Origin: Pseudovirgaria hyperparasitica
Taxonomy: Eukaryota
Length of the DNA: 64,000 nt
Strand: one strand, 5' to 3'
Assembly (NCBI GenBank): GCA_010093815.1
Contig: ML996568.1
Shown in pieces: positions 11,503-23,559 of this stretch; within the stretch, counting starts at the first letter, position 1, and every line of letters begins with the position of its first letter. The position numbers and the translations under genes were made by a program. Below the pieces are notes generated by a model. The model was given only the letters and a program-made list of their open reading frames with translations. It made no database searches and was not told the DNA's origin.

Positions 11503-13063
11503 ATGCCAGTCATCAACGGCGAAAAGTATGCCTGCCTGTCGTGCATCAAGGGTCATCGCGTCAGCGGCTGTCAACACCATGGTATGCGCCGCCCACAATC
11601 TCCACCCACCATTCTGACTCTGACTCTTTGCAGATCGTGAGCTTCAGCATATCAATCCCAAGGGCCGCCCTGTGAAACAGTGTGACCACTGCCGCGCCAA
11701 CCGCAAGACCAATTCCCTCCATGGTCGCTGCGATTGCAAGAGAGACAGAAAGGGTGATTTCAAGCTAGGGGATGGTGAGCAGGATTCAGATGTGCCGTTG
11801 TCCGACGCTTTCGTGTCTAACATTGCAGAAGTTAGTGGAGCTGACTGCGCTTGCCATACTGGCTCGAAATGTCTTTGCGGCTCCAAGAAGAACCCTGGTC
11901 TGCGCGTCGAAACTTCGATGAAGGCGAAACCTCGTCTGACCTCCACACAATCCGAGAGCACCTTGACCGTCTTCGCCAATGGCCACCACAAACCCGTCCA
12001 CCACCGAAACAACGCCCATCACAATACCGGCATGCCGTACAAAGTACCACATCGTCATACTGTGCATGGCCACGGTCCGTCCTTTGGTGCGCAGCATTCA
12101 GACTCGAACGACAGCGTGAACAACATCTACGGCATGCCTGCGAAACGGCGATCTTTGGATCACCTGGGTATCACGGAACGAGAGGCTGAGTCTGAAGCCT
12201 CGGAACTGTATGCGAAACCACTCTTCGCAGGAATCGCAACAACGCCCACACTGATCTCTGGTCCCAACTCGCCCATCGATAGCACTCTACCGCTGCATAA
12301 TTGGCCTTGGACTCGCAACGGCTTGCCCTCGGCCTACAGTACGTATGGCAGCTTCTCCACTTCGCCCTCGGGCGATTACATGTCACACGACAGCGACTGG
12401 GCTATTCCCTCCGCTGGTCTGCAGCCGTCGTGGTCGGCAACGGACTTGCCACTTGTCCCGGAGAAGCTCGTAGATGCTGTGCCGCAGCCAAACTCGCACA
12501 GTGGAGATTCCAATCGTGCCAGCGTTCCAGGTTTGAGCACCTCTTCATCCCAGTCGGAGGTTGGTGAGCCTAACTTTTTTGGAGATCTGGATCTCAAGTC
12601 TACCCAGACGGCCATCGCGGATCATGCCTGGGAAGACGCTTTTCACTATCACAAATCGCGTGCTTACCGTGTCTTGAGCAATGCCTCCACCCCGCCAGAT
12701 CTCCGCCAAGCCCCAACCTCTGTACCAGACACACACAGTCGCAACTCTTTGGACCTGGACTACCTGAGACGTACAAGCCCTCCAGTCTCCACTGAGCTTG
12801 AGAGCAACTATCTCGCCCAGCAGCAGCAGCAGCAGTACGGGAACCCGCTCATGGACATGGTGCCACAGGAGAAGGCACCCGCAACGCCCACGAGCACCCC
12901 ATTCATGAATACAGAAATGGAAAGCCAGCCTCGATCCATGCCCTTGGGTCCAGTGGATGAAGGTAGCACAGCGATGAATTGGCTAAACTACTCCGACTTC
13001 CCTTCGTCCACTTTCGACAACACCGAAGTCCCTGCATACAGCTTCGGTGATAATTTCTCGTAA
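11503..13063 (+). CDS. aceA: Copper-fist transcription factor, Ace1/Cup2/AceA type
   Basis: MPVINGEKYACLSCIKGHRVSGCQHH|DRELQHINPKGRPVKQCDHCRANRK...CDC, with intron 11582-11633. Ace1-type CxCx5CxC motif (CACHTGSKCLC). A probable second intron lies at 11775-11828. Confidence 0.88.
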
Positions 13064-14249
13064 GGCTGCAGATGATCCGGTCGTGGAAACCGCGGAAATC
13101 CTTTTTTTCTCTTCTACTATTTCCTCGTAACGACGCCATGAAATCATGCCGCCCTGTTCATAGATACCATCTTTTTTTCGTTTCTACTTCAGATCCCAGG
13201 CACCATTACAAAACGCGAAAAGAAAAACAAAAAAGAATTGCGACGGACTGCAGCGTTCTCGAATGAATGCCGCAGCAGCTTGCTTGGGAACTCTTTCGCT
13301 CCCTATTTTGTCTCGTTCGCGACCCACATTTGTACATACAACCGTGGACTTGCTAGACCGGAGAAGAATCACGTTGGGGGACTGGATACACACAGGCATA
13401 GTCTTTGCGCGAACGGTATTGTCGCGGCGGTTCAAACATGTTTTTTTCTCATTCTACTTGATAATCTCGTATATAAAAATATAGACTGGGTTTGGGGGGG
13501 GTTGCGTTCCTTTGGTATTGGAGTGGAGGAATGGACTGTAGCTATGCTCTGAATACAGTTCAGAGCATGTACGCTGTTTGGTCAGGTAGCTCCTCTAGCA
13601 CTTTTTGATAGTATAGATAATCCTACACTGCTGACATGGCACATACGGTCCTCGTGGACAATTGAAACCCAGTGCTTGTGGTGGTGTTGTTATTGAGGTG
13701 GTTGGATGATGTCATGCCTGCCTGGACCCCCGCTCCGAGCCCTCCGAGCGTAGGAGGCAGTCAGTTCCGCAGTCGCAATCACTAGCAGCCACTGACCTCC
13801 GGCATATACCGTAGCCACACCTGACTGGAGAGTACCTTTTTGCCCGGGCCAAATGACGACGACGATTATGATTCAATAGGCCACCCCATTCGCGGGTCCT
13901 TTCTGTATTTGGACTTTCAAAACCTCAGCGCCTAGTAATTATCCTGCCATGCATTTTCCCAAGGGACTTTGGGGGAAAATAAGAAGAAAAAAGAAACACG
14001 TCAGCAGCACTCTCTCCAATCATTCGGTGTCGGCGCCAAAGGGAGGGAGGGGAAACAATAATGTATCCCCATTAATTCCCCGTTCTAAGTATCAGGTACG
14101 GTATGGTACGTACGGTAAATAACATGCATGCATGTATGCCTTTGGGTCTCGAACTGTAGCTAGTTAGGTAGTAGTGTGTAGTGTAAATAGTGCTAAGGAC
14201 TGACCGCCCGGACACGTGGATGGAAAGGCTGAGGCAAGTGTAGCGGCTC

Positions 14250-16140
14250 CTTCCTTCCTTCCGGTCCTTATTTCCTTCCTTCCTGCTACAGCCGGCCGGC
14301 CGGCAGATGGATAGGTAGGTAGGTAGGTAGGTAGGGTGGGCAAAACATACGAAAAAAAGGCTCCGTGGCTGCGAATCGGGTCGTGCCGCTTTTACCTGTG
14401 TATGTACGTATATATTTCCGGGGAAAAAAAGGTTTAGATTAGAGGAGGAATGCGCTAAATTAAACTAAAGAAAGAAAGAAAATCACAGATCTGGTTCAAT
14501 TGATTCTTTCTACCCAGGGTATTATGTTTGGTCTTGATGGAGCTGTGGGTGATAGTCGGGTGCTGTAAGTATGAATTAGAGGAGGGAGACTAATCCATGG
14601 AGCGAGATCGTCGTGCTTGGTTTTGTTTGTCTTGTCTTGTCGAGCGTTGCTTGGTGGTAGTCGGGCTGTGTAGGGGTACCAACCTGATGGTGCTATACTA
14701 CCTACTATTGAATGTACGTAATCAAGGCACTTACTACCAGCCACATACCACACAACAACAATGTGTATGTATATGCAGACAATATCACGTTCACCGTCCG
14801 TTACCGGCCGCTTCCACAAGACACAAGATACAAAGGCTAGCATCAAACACCAGCACCAGCACCAGCAATCAATCAACCATCACCCATCTCGCACCTCAAG
14901 CTGGGAGTCCTCGAAGAAACAAGCCTTGACTTCTCCACACCACCATCCTTCCACTCATCCATCCATCCATCTCGCCCCTCCTCCCATGTTCTCTTTCGCC
15001 TTGCCCTCCTCCCCTGTCATCCTCGCCTTGCCTCGCCTTGCCTTGCCTCGCCTTGCCTTGCCTCGCCTCGCCCTGACTTCCGACTTCCATTCCTCGCACG
15101 GCCGCCCGCCGTCCCACCGTCCTCCGCGCACATCATTCATGCCCATTTCCCCGTCGGTACCCGTGAGTGAGTATGAGTGAGTGAGTGAGTGAGTGACCAC
15201 ACCCAACTCCACTCCACTCCACTCAACTCAACTCCACTTTTGACCGTCCGTCTGTCTGTCTCCATGGACTATCTCCATGACCACGAGCCACGAGCCACGA
15301 GCCACCACGCTCCATGCATCACGACATCTTCATCTCAGTCCGTGCGCTAGTGTCTCTGCACATGTCCATGTCCATCCGTCCATATGCATACGACGGTGCG
15401 GACAGCTAATTAGTCTAGCTAGTCTAGTCTAGTCTAGGCTGGCTACTCAGCGCCCTAGCAGTAAATCTACATACATACATACATACATACCAGGAATCTA
15501 CACCCCATAATCACCCGCCAGCCCTAGCATCCTGGTTTTACATGCCCTATCCTGCCCTACCCTGCCCTATCCTATCCTATCACACTCGCCTGATCCTCCG
15601 GGGGGTAGAGCCGGCACCGTTTGTGTGCCGGGGTGTGTCCGGCTTGGCGCGTCTAGCGGGGCTTCTAGAAGGGTGGTGGGACGGGTGTGGCTTGTGGCTG
15701 GTGCGGGTGGACAGGGATGTAGGTAGGCAGGGGTTGAGTGATTGGCAGGGTGGACAGGGTGGCACGAGCACAAGGGAAGGAAGGAAGGCGTCACTCCTTC
15801 GTGTGCTGATGCTGTGCTGTGCTGTGCTGTGCTTTGCTGATTAGATACCGTAGATACCGTAGATACGTAGATAAGTCGATAAGTCGATAAGTCGATAAGG
15901 AATGAGGCTCGTGTGTGTCTGTGTGTGTGTGGCGGATACATACTACAGTAGCATCATAGTAGGTAGCTCTGAGAAAACATAAACGTCAGGACTAATCAAT
16001 TAGACGATGCCCAGCCTGGACGGACCGACATATCGAACCATGGAGGCAGGCGGCTGCCTTATGCACATCATATCACATCACAATCACAATCACATCGCAT
16101 CGCATCACATAGCGATGAACCTGGGGCGTGTGTGTGTGTT
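14250..16140. repeat. Microsatellite-dense non-coding region
   Basis: Successive (TTCC)n, (GGTA)n, (GCCTT/GCCTC)n, (GAGT)n, (ACTCC)n, (CACGAGC)n, (TAGTC)n, (TACA)n, (GCTGT)n, (GATAAGTC)n, (GT)n and (ATCAC/ATCGC)n tracts. Confidence 0.85.
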
Positions 16141-16217
16141 TAGCTAGCAAGTTATGCCTGGTATGAGGAGGTTTGGTTGACGATGTGACTGACGTACGTC
16201 GATGGGGAAAACTCGGC

Positions 16218-16390
16218 GATGACAACGATGACAACGATGACAACGACGACAACGATGACAACAATGACAACAACAACAACGACGACGACAATGACAACAA
16301 CAACGACGACAATGACAACACAACGACGACGACGACAATGACAACAACAACGACGACAATGACAACACAACGACGACGACGACAACGACC
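16218..16390. repeat. Compound trinucleotide repeat (GAC/AAC/GAT/AAT) containing an exact 47-bp tandem duplication
   Basis: 16291-16337 and 16338-16384 are identical (atgacaacaacaacgacgacaatgacaacacaacgacgacgacgaca). Confidence 0.9.
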
Positions 16391-16859
16391 ATGCGAATAC
16401 GACATGCCCACACACTACCACAACGAACGTTTCAGTTTGAGTGTTGAGCGTGTGCGATAGGGCCAAGGGAAGACAACAATGTGGATCACCGGGTAGGGTA
16501 GAGTACAGTCAATGCGTGTCGACAGTTCAGATGGTTTCCGCGATGGTGGGCATCTTCTGATGTGCGTGTGTGAAAGAGATAAAAACCAGAGTCAGACTCG
16601 CGTGATCCTATTGGATTGTCCTTCGGCTATTGTGCTATATATATGTATATCTATGCTATGTACAGTACATAATGTTACATGCCGCCCGGAAGCTATTTCA
16701 GGCTACTGGACGGCCCGATTTCGCGCTTTTGCCAACGAACGCTCTGCGTAGATGTACTGATTGCATGCAGAAAGTGTGCACGACGAAGCGCGGCGCATCA
16801 ACCGGTGGAGATCACCAGACCGCGTTTCTTGGCTTTCATGTCACAACTGGCGAGCGCGT

Positions 16860-17910
16860 TTATGACGATGAAGTCTTGGGTTTGACGCCCTTGTGAATCG
16901 CCGCAATACCCCCGCTCAGGTCCTCCCAGCCCTGGCCCGGCACCATGAAGCCTGCCGTCTTGATCATATCCCTGAACTCCGGCTGGCTGGGGAACTTCTC
17001 AATGCTCTCGACGAGATACTGATAGCTGTCCCGGTCCCCGGCCACAATCTGCCCGATTAGCGGTATCGCGCCGAAGCTCCACCGCTTGTACACGTAATTG
17101 AAGACCGGGTTGTTCACGTTTGAAAACTCGAGGCAGGCGAACACACCACCGGGCTTGAGCACGCGGAATGCTTCGTGCAGGGCCTGTTGCTTGTCGGTGA
17201 AATTTCGGATCCCGAATGCGACGGTGTACAGGTCGACGCTGTTGCTCGGGATGGTCGGCAGCTTTTCCGCGTTGGCTTCCATGAACGAAAGGCGCTCCGA
17301 TCGCGCATATGGCGTCTCAAGCGCCCGTCGCTTCCCTTCTGCCAGCATGTCGGGATTGATGTCTGCGACTGTGACGCGAGTCTTGTGATCGCTGTTGATC
17401 GTGGTTGCGTGGTCGAGCATGCGGAACGCAATGTCCCCGGTTCCGCCTGCAATGTCAAGTATATTCCATCCTTTTTCCTCTGATCCGGAATGTAATGATC
17501 CCGATACTGATGGCGATCCAGGGTCTAGTTCGCGGACGAAGTGGTCTTTCCATAGCCTGTGGATGCCAAGGGACATGAGATCGTTCATGCGATCGTACGA
17601 GGACGCCACCGAGGAGAACACTCCTTTGACTGGACCGACAGCAATATTAGCATTGTTCAACGGGACTTGTGCTCTGTCGTAGTAGATTTTTACCCTTTGA
17701 TTCCTTCAATGACTCATCTATCGTCTCGAAGCCAAAATGCGTTGTCCGTCCAGCTTCATCTTTCTGGGGCGGCACTTTTCGCGGCGAAGACTGCTGCAGG
17801 CTCTGCCGGATTGAGCAAGAGAAACATCGATAGCCTCCTTTCTCTGTCGTTCTGCGTATAGATGGTAATAACCGGGATGGTTGTAAAGCTCGTATGCCCG
17901 TTGTATTCAT
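16860..17910 (-). CDS. COQ5: 2-methoxy-6-polyprenyl-1,4-benzoquinol methylase, mitochondrial
   Basis: ATG at 17910, intron 17693-17630. Motifs THFGFETI, VFSSVASSYDRMNDLMSLGIHRLWKD, LDIAGGTGDIAFR, YTVAFGIRN, RVLKPGG, YQYLVESIEKFP. Arg/Ser-rich presequence. Confidence 0.96.
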
Positions 17911-18166
17911 CTTGATGTCGGTCGACTCGCCGCAGAGCTGTCGATTGATGTGTACGCGAAATGATTTTAACCATATGCTCGTTAGATAGAGACGGATATG
18001 GAGCTGTCGTGACGGGCGATGATGGAAGAATTTCGGCAAAGCGTCTCAGCCCTACGCGTGGAGCTCGGACATAGACCGATGATAGCCGCAGTGAACTTCC
18101 CCAGACTTCCCAACGATCGTGTCTTGACTGCCCAAGCCTGACTTCTGCAATGCCACAATCAACATC
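17911..18166. promoter_or_regulatory. Short bidirectional promoter region shared by COQ5 and BCKDH E1 alpha
   Basis: Head-to-head ATGs are 256 bp apart and both products are mitochondrial. Confidence 0.6.
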
Positions 18167-19614
18167 ATGTCTGCGCGACTGTCAGGGACACTTAATTGCG
18201 TGAGACGGTCTACAGCCGTCCGGTCAACATCTTCGACGACGGCTCTCCGAAGCAACTCACAAACATGGAGACGATGGCAATCGATCTCACAAAGACCAGG
18301 CTCGGACAGGTAATATGCAGCCGTAAGAGCATTCGACAGAATATATGCTAACAAGCTTTCAGAGTCCACTTCCCTGGCGCTGTGAATAGTAGATTCACCA
18401 CCTCTCTGAACTTCCAAGGCACCTCTGCCGACTCCGCCATGCCCACGTACCGTATCCTCGACCAAGACGGCATCGTCGTAGACCGCAACCGCGCTCCCCT
18501 CGACGTCACAGACGATCAAGCCCTCCGCTGGTACAAAGACATGCTGACAGTCTCCATCATGGATAACATCATGTTCGAAGCGCAGCGCCAAGGCCGTCTC
18601 TCATTCTACATGGTATCCGCAGGCGAAGAAGGCATCGCAGTCGGCTCCGCCGCAGCACTCCTCCCCGACGACGTCATATTCGCCCAATACCGCGAGACCG
18701 GCGTCTTCCAAACCCGCGGCTTCACCCTTGACGACTTCATGTCGCAGCTCTTCGCCAACAAGCACGACAGCGGCCGCGCGCGCAACATGCCCGTCCACTA
18801 CGGCTCCCGGAAGCTCAACATCCACACCATCTCCTCCCCTCTAGCCACACAGATCCCCCAGGCCGCCGGCGCAGCATACGCGCTCAAGATGCAAGACGCC
18901 GGCAACCCCGACCGCCCGCTCGACAAGCGCCGCGTCGTAGCATGCTACTTTGGCGAAGGCGCCGCCTCGGAAGGCGACTTTCACGGCGCGCTCAACATTG
19001 CCGCTACCCGCTCCTGCCCCGTCATCTTCATCTGCCGCAACAACGGCTACGCTATCAGCACCAGCACGCTCGAGCAGTATCGCGGCGACGGCATCGCGTC
19101 TCGCGGCATCGGCTATGGCATCGACACCATCCGCGTCGACGGCAACGACATCTTTGCCGTGCGCGAAGCTACCGCGCGGGCGCGTGAGATGGCTCTGCGC
19201 GATGGCGGGAAGCCCGTGCTGATCGAGGCCATGTCGTACCGAGTGTCGCACCACAGCACGAGTGACGACAGCTACGCGTACCGGGCCAAGGTCGAGGTTG
19301 AGGACTGGAAACGACGTGACAACCCCATCACACGACTGCGGAAGTGGATGGAGAACAAGGGGGTCTGGGATGAGGCCAAGGAGCAGGAGGCGAGGAGCCG
19401 GATTCGCAAGGAGGTGCTGGGCGCGTTTGCGAAAGCGGAGAAGGAGAAGAGACCGCCTCTACGAGCGATGTTTGAAGACGTGTATGCGGAGATGACAGAG
19501 GAGGCCGAGGGTCAGGTGCAGCAGCTAAAGGATGTATTGAAGAGATACCCGAACGAGTACGACTTGGGAGACTATGATGGTGGACTAGACGGGCTGGAGA
19601 AAAAGCCGAGGTAG
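18167..19614 (+). CDS. BCKDHA: 2-oxoisovalerate (branched-chain 2-oxoacid) dehydrogenase E1 alpha subunit
   Basis: ATG at 18167, intron 18310-18362. Motifs QRQGRLSFYM, ISSPLATQIPQAAG, TPP-binding FGEGAASEGDFH...CRNNGYAIST, YRVSHHSTSDDS. Confidence 0.96.
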
Positions 19615-19907
19615 CCCGATCAATACGAAAATATCTTTTTGAATTATTCTGGCATGATACATCTCCCCAACGACGAACCCACTTCTGTGTCGACGTTACC
19701 CAGACGACCCGAGCACATTCGCTGCTTTCCGGACACACCTGTCCGAGCAGGAGGGAGTTCAGCCTGTGCCCGTCCAGAACGCCAATACAAATTCCACCTA
19801 GCCTAGCCCACAGATGTGAACATATATTCTAGTTCTCCACACATTTTTTCGCTGCGCCGAGACACTCCCTGATGCCGAAGAATAGAAAGGAAAGCTAACG
19901 TACAATT

Positions 19908-22900
19908 CTATGAATGTTGTTCCGGCTGGGTCGGCTGGATGATCCCGGCGCCGCCACCTGTGACAACGGCTTGCCAGAGGCTAGTCATATAATCTTTCAG
20001 AATAAGGTTGTTTGCCATGACGTAGAAGATATGGTCCATTATGGGATAGAATGCTTTCTGTACCCAGCCACCCTTCTGTGGCTCTCCCTCGTCGTCATCG
20101 TCCTCTCTGTAACGCTTGCGGCCACCCGGAGTTCCCTGTCTCCCTCGGTCTGTGTACTTGATCTTGGCCATCTGCCTCGCGAGATTGCGCATTACTAGGA
20201 CTGACGCCAAGGGCAATCCTGCAGCATCACTGCGTTCGTCTGTAGCGGTGACTGACCATTTCACTGGCCATGGAACCGCTTGCGTATGAGCTGGAGTCGG
20301 GCCGCCAGGAACAGGCGCCTGGGGCTCAGCTAATTTCTCTGTCCGATTATACTTATTGCGTATTACTGACTTGGCGGAGTCGTCGGGCAGATGCGTCCTG
20401 ATGTGTTTGCCCACCTGGCGAGCATCGGTGTTACCGTTCGTCGCCGCGAAATGTCTGCATCTCGCCCAATGGCAATTGTATCGTGTCTCGAGTGGAGTTC
20501 CACCACCATTCACCTCTGGTTTGATCTCCAGTGACCACTCGCCTGTGATTGTATCTCGCGGGATATTCAAGTGTGCCGCAAGGATGTGCTCGTACATATC
20601 CTTCGGCTGAGAGGTGTATTCGCTACATTCAGACGATGATGGATCCGTGATATCATGGGAACTCGTATGCCATTGGCATCGAATATAAGGACGTTGACTT
20701 CGGGGGCTCACTGGGACTGCGCGTGGACGAATTCCGCGAATGGTGTACTTTGCCCCTTGTCCTGACGTGACCACTTGAGCTTGCGCTCCAGTAAAAGTAG
20801 TAGACACGTTAGTAATGAATTCTTTGGCTTGCATCAGGCTCTTTTGGTGCTCTTGTCGTGACAATGCATTTAAGAATGCATCGTTATAGGCACGCCACAG
20901 ATCAATCTGTGTGATTTCGCCAGAGGGATCTTCTTCATAGCAGGTCTTGAGCCTATAGAATGTAAGCTTCGACTTTTGAGGTGTCCAAGAAACTTACCAT
21001 TGTGAACTCCTCTCAGGTTCATCCAGAACCACTAGTCGGTCGATAATAGCCTGTGACAGCTTTGGCGCAGATTCTGCTGCCTGTACGCTTTGACTCTTGT
21101 TTTTCGCTCCGTTCTTACTCTCTGTCAGAGTAGCGTTGTACATTAGCAGTCGTGAAAGTTGGTATACTAGCGTCTCTATGTTCACTGCGTGAACAAGTTG
21201 CTCAACATTCTCCAGGATCGCCGTAAACTGATAGAGAAAGTCAAGACAGGCATTCCGGAGATCCTCATCATCCACTAGTAGCCAATCGCAGATGCTCTGT
21301 AGTAGTTTCGCAGGCACGTTCCCTAACCGGTTCTTCACCTCCAGATTCAGCGATATGCGACTCAACGCTCTGAGAGACGTAATGATTGAGCCTCGATCCG
21401 TAGACTCGGCTTGCCTCAATAGCGTAACGTATACTGGATCGTGCGAATCGAGAGACCAGTATTTAGTGACCTGTTCGGCGATGTCGAGGGCGTAATGTTG
21501 AAGCTCCCTAACCGAAGGATGATTGGGCAGGTTTAGGACGATGGTGATCAGGTCGCGTATGAGAGGTATCTGCGACACGTAGTGTGCATTCTCTTCCAAC
21601 ATGACCATGTTGCGTAGCACCAAACCGGCCTCATTCACTCTTCCCAACGCGATTATGAAGTCTGCATCTTGAATATCATCACCTACATTTAAACGCTCCA
21701 AAGACCGTATGCGACCGAGAAGGTTTGAAGTTCCGCTTAGGCCATCTAGGACGTGAGCAGGTTCAGATCCGACTCCAGTGTAAGAGATGTCCCACTTGAC
21801 ATTGTAAAAGACAGAGCTGACCTCTAAGACTTTCGTCATCAAAGCTTCGGCGAGACCTGGAAAGCCAGTAAATTGGTACTTGTCACCCCTTTCGTGGGAA
21901 ATTTTGACAAGATGATGTAAAGCGTATGCTTCCTCTTCTACAAGACCTGATTGCAGAGCAAGCAATGCTCTAATGTATATGTTAGGCCCGATAAAGCCAG
22001 CTGGCGAGTATTAGCAGTATTCCCATTGAACTCTTTCCTAGAGGAGGATTCTTGTGACGTACTCCCAGGCGCCATCATGCCCGCGGCCGGTCCCTTTCTC
22101 GATGATCGATGACGGTTGCGGACAGCAAGATTTCTGAAATGCTCTGGATTGTTCGAGGGTGTCACTACGGGCTTGACTTGGGACGGCGCAGGCTGCTGGG
22201 GCTCATAGCCAGCTATGGTCATGGCCGCGCCAGCGTTACCGCTGTTCAGACCGTTTACATGCGTCCCACCAGCAAGGTTGGAAGGTGTGGGGGAGTTCAT
22301 GATTCCAGAATTACGCGTCTGTCGGCCAGCATCTGGCTGGAATAGGACGCGTTGAGGAGGAGCGTGTCGAAGACCTGAACAAGGCAGTTTAGTAATTGTA
22401 CAACCTTAGTAGCAGGGCCGAAATAACAAATGATCGGCCAAATGACCACAAAAGTGAACAAATAAGATTTAACAGATGACGGGACCGCATTGCCTTCACA
22501 GCCTACCGGGAACAGTAATGTACCTCGTGTTACCCTTGCACCAGTGCTCCCAGGCTCATCTATGTCCATCTTCTCTTCTTTCGGTGTCTTATCCTCCTGA
22601 TCAGAGTCGTCGCTATCTTGTCCGTTAGTTAGCATGTCGGCCTCTCTATTGCTAGATGCGAAATAGTTCTCGACTGTGCGATTCATTAGATCTCCTCCTT
22701 TGGCTGTGAGATCTTCGAGGATCTCTTTAGGTGGTGGCTCTTTCCCATGGAAGTTCGTTATCTCGTATGCCCTACTAGTGGATCAGACTCTTGCAAACGC
22801 GTGAATATGGCAGGCATACGCGAGGTTCTTGTAATATGCTGTCTTTACGAGGAAAGCCTGCGTGATAAGACTTGACACGCCTGGAAGAAATTCTGCAGCA

Positions 22901-23182
22901 AGTTTGCGCCAAGCTAATTTGTTTCCTTTTGTATCAGATACTCGATCGTAACCGCCTTCTTCGCACACTCTCTTGTATAATTTGTTAAGGTCTATATGCC
23001 TGTTCGCGATTTTCGGTTCACGCTCCAGTGTTGTACTACAATTTGTGAGTCTAGTCACTGAATAAAGCATTGTGTGTCGCAGCATACCCTCGTTTCTCAT
23101 GATACGCCGCAAGTTTGGTCATAAACTCTTCGTATTCTTCAGAGCGATCGATTGAGGGTTCGCGCGGACGAGCTGGAGCCAT
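19908..23182 (-). CDS. RSC9: RSC chromatin remodelling complex subunit Rsc9 (ARID + ARM + RFX-like winged helix)
   Basis: MAPARPREPSIDRSEEYEEFMTKLAAYHEKRG. ARID domain IDLNKLYKRVCEEGGYDRVS...AWRKLA...KTAYYKNL. Also LALQSGLVEEEAYALHHLVKISHERGD, GEITQIDLWRAY, and TATDERSDAAGLPLASVLVMRNLAR. Confidence 0.92.
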
Positions 23183-23559
23183 GGTGGTGCAGTTGCACAA
23201 ACTCCTGCGGTTGAGGGCTCAGCGCATGAACAGTAAAGAACGGATCGCGCAAAGCTGCGCCAGGCGATCTAGAAGTATCAGGGTATGCGCAATGTTGTTT
23301 GATGGCTGCGGGCGCAGAGAAATCGCGGGCAGAGTGATGAGCTGCGCGTTCCTGGGAAAGTTCGCGTTACGTTTGTCGGCGCTCCAACGTAGGCCGCTTC
23401 TCTGCTAGGTATCTCCATAAAATAGAATACGCCTGTTTCGGGCTTAGCGTCCGTGCCGGGAGCTGTAACTTATGCTCATCCGCCCTCTATACTAATTATT
23501 AATTACTCTTCTCCCAATCCAATTCTCACTCATTCACTCATCTAGCATCAGTCGCCAGT

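Noticed and set aside
233..13063. Apparent copper cluster (Ctr86 'copper transport protein 86' plus the copper-fist factor)
   Set aside because: Ctr86 is an ataxin-10 ARM protein with no Ctr-type transmembrane or Met motifs. The link is only in the name.
16144..16466. Cys/His/Arg-rich ORFs (CCHCRRCCCH...) resembling a metallothionein near the copper-fist gene, and the Asp/Asn-rich ORF on the other strand
   Set aside because: These are translations of a trinucleotide repeat. The exact 47-bp duplication (not a multiple of 3) shifts the frame, and the listed starts are non-ATG.
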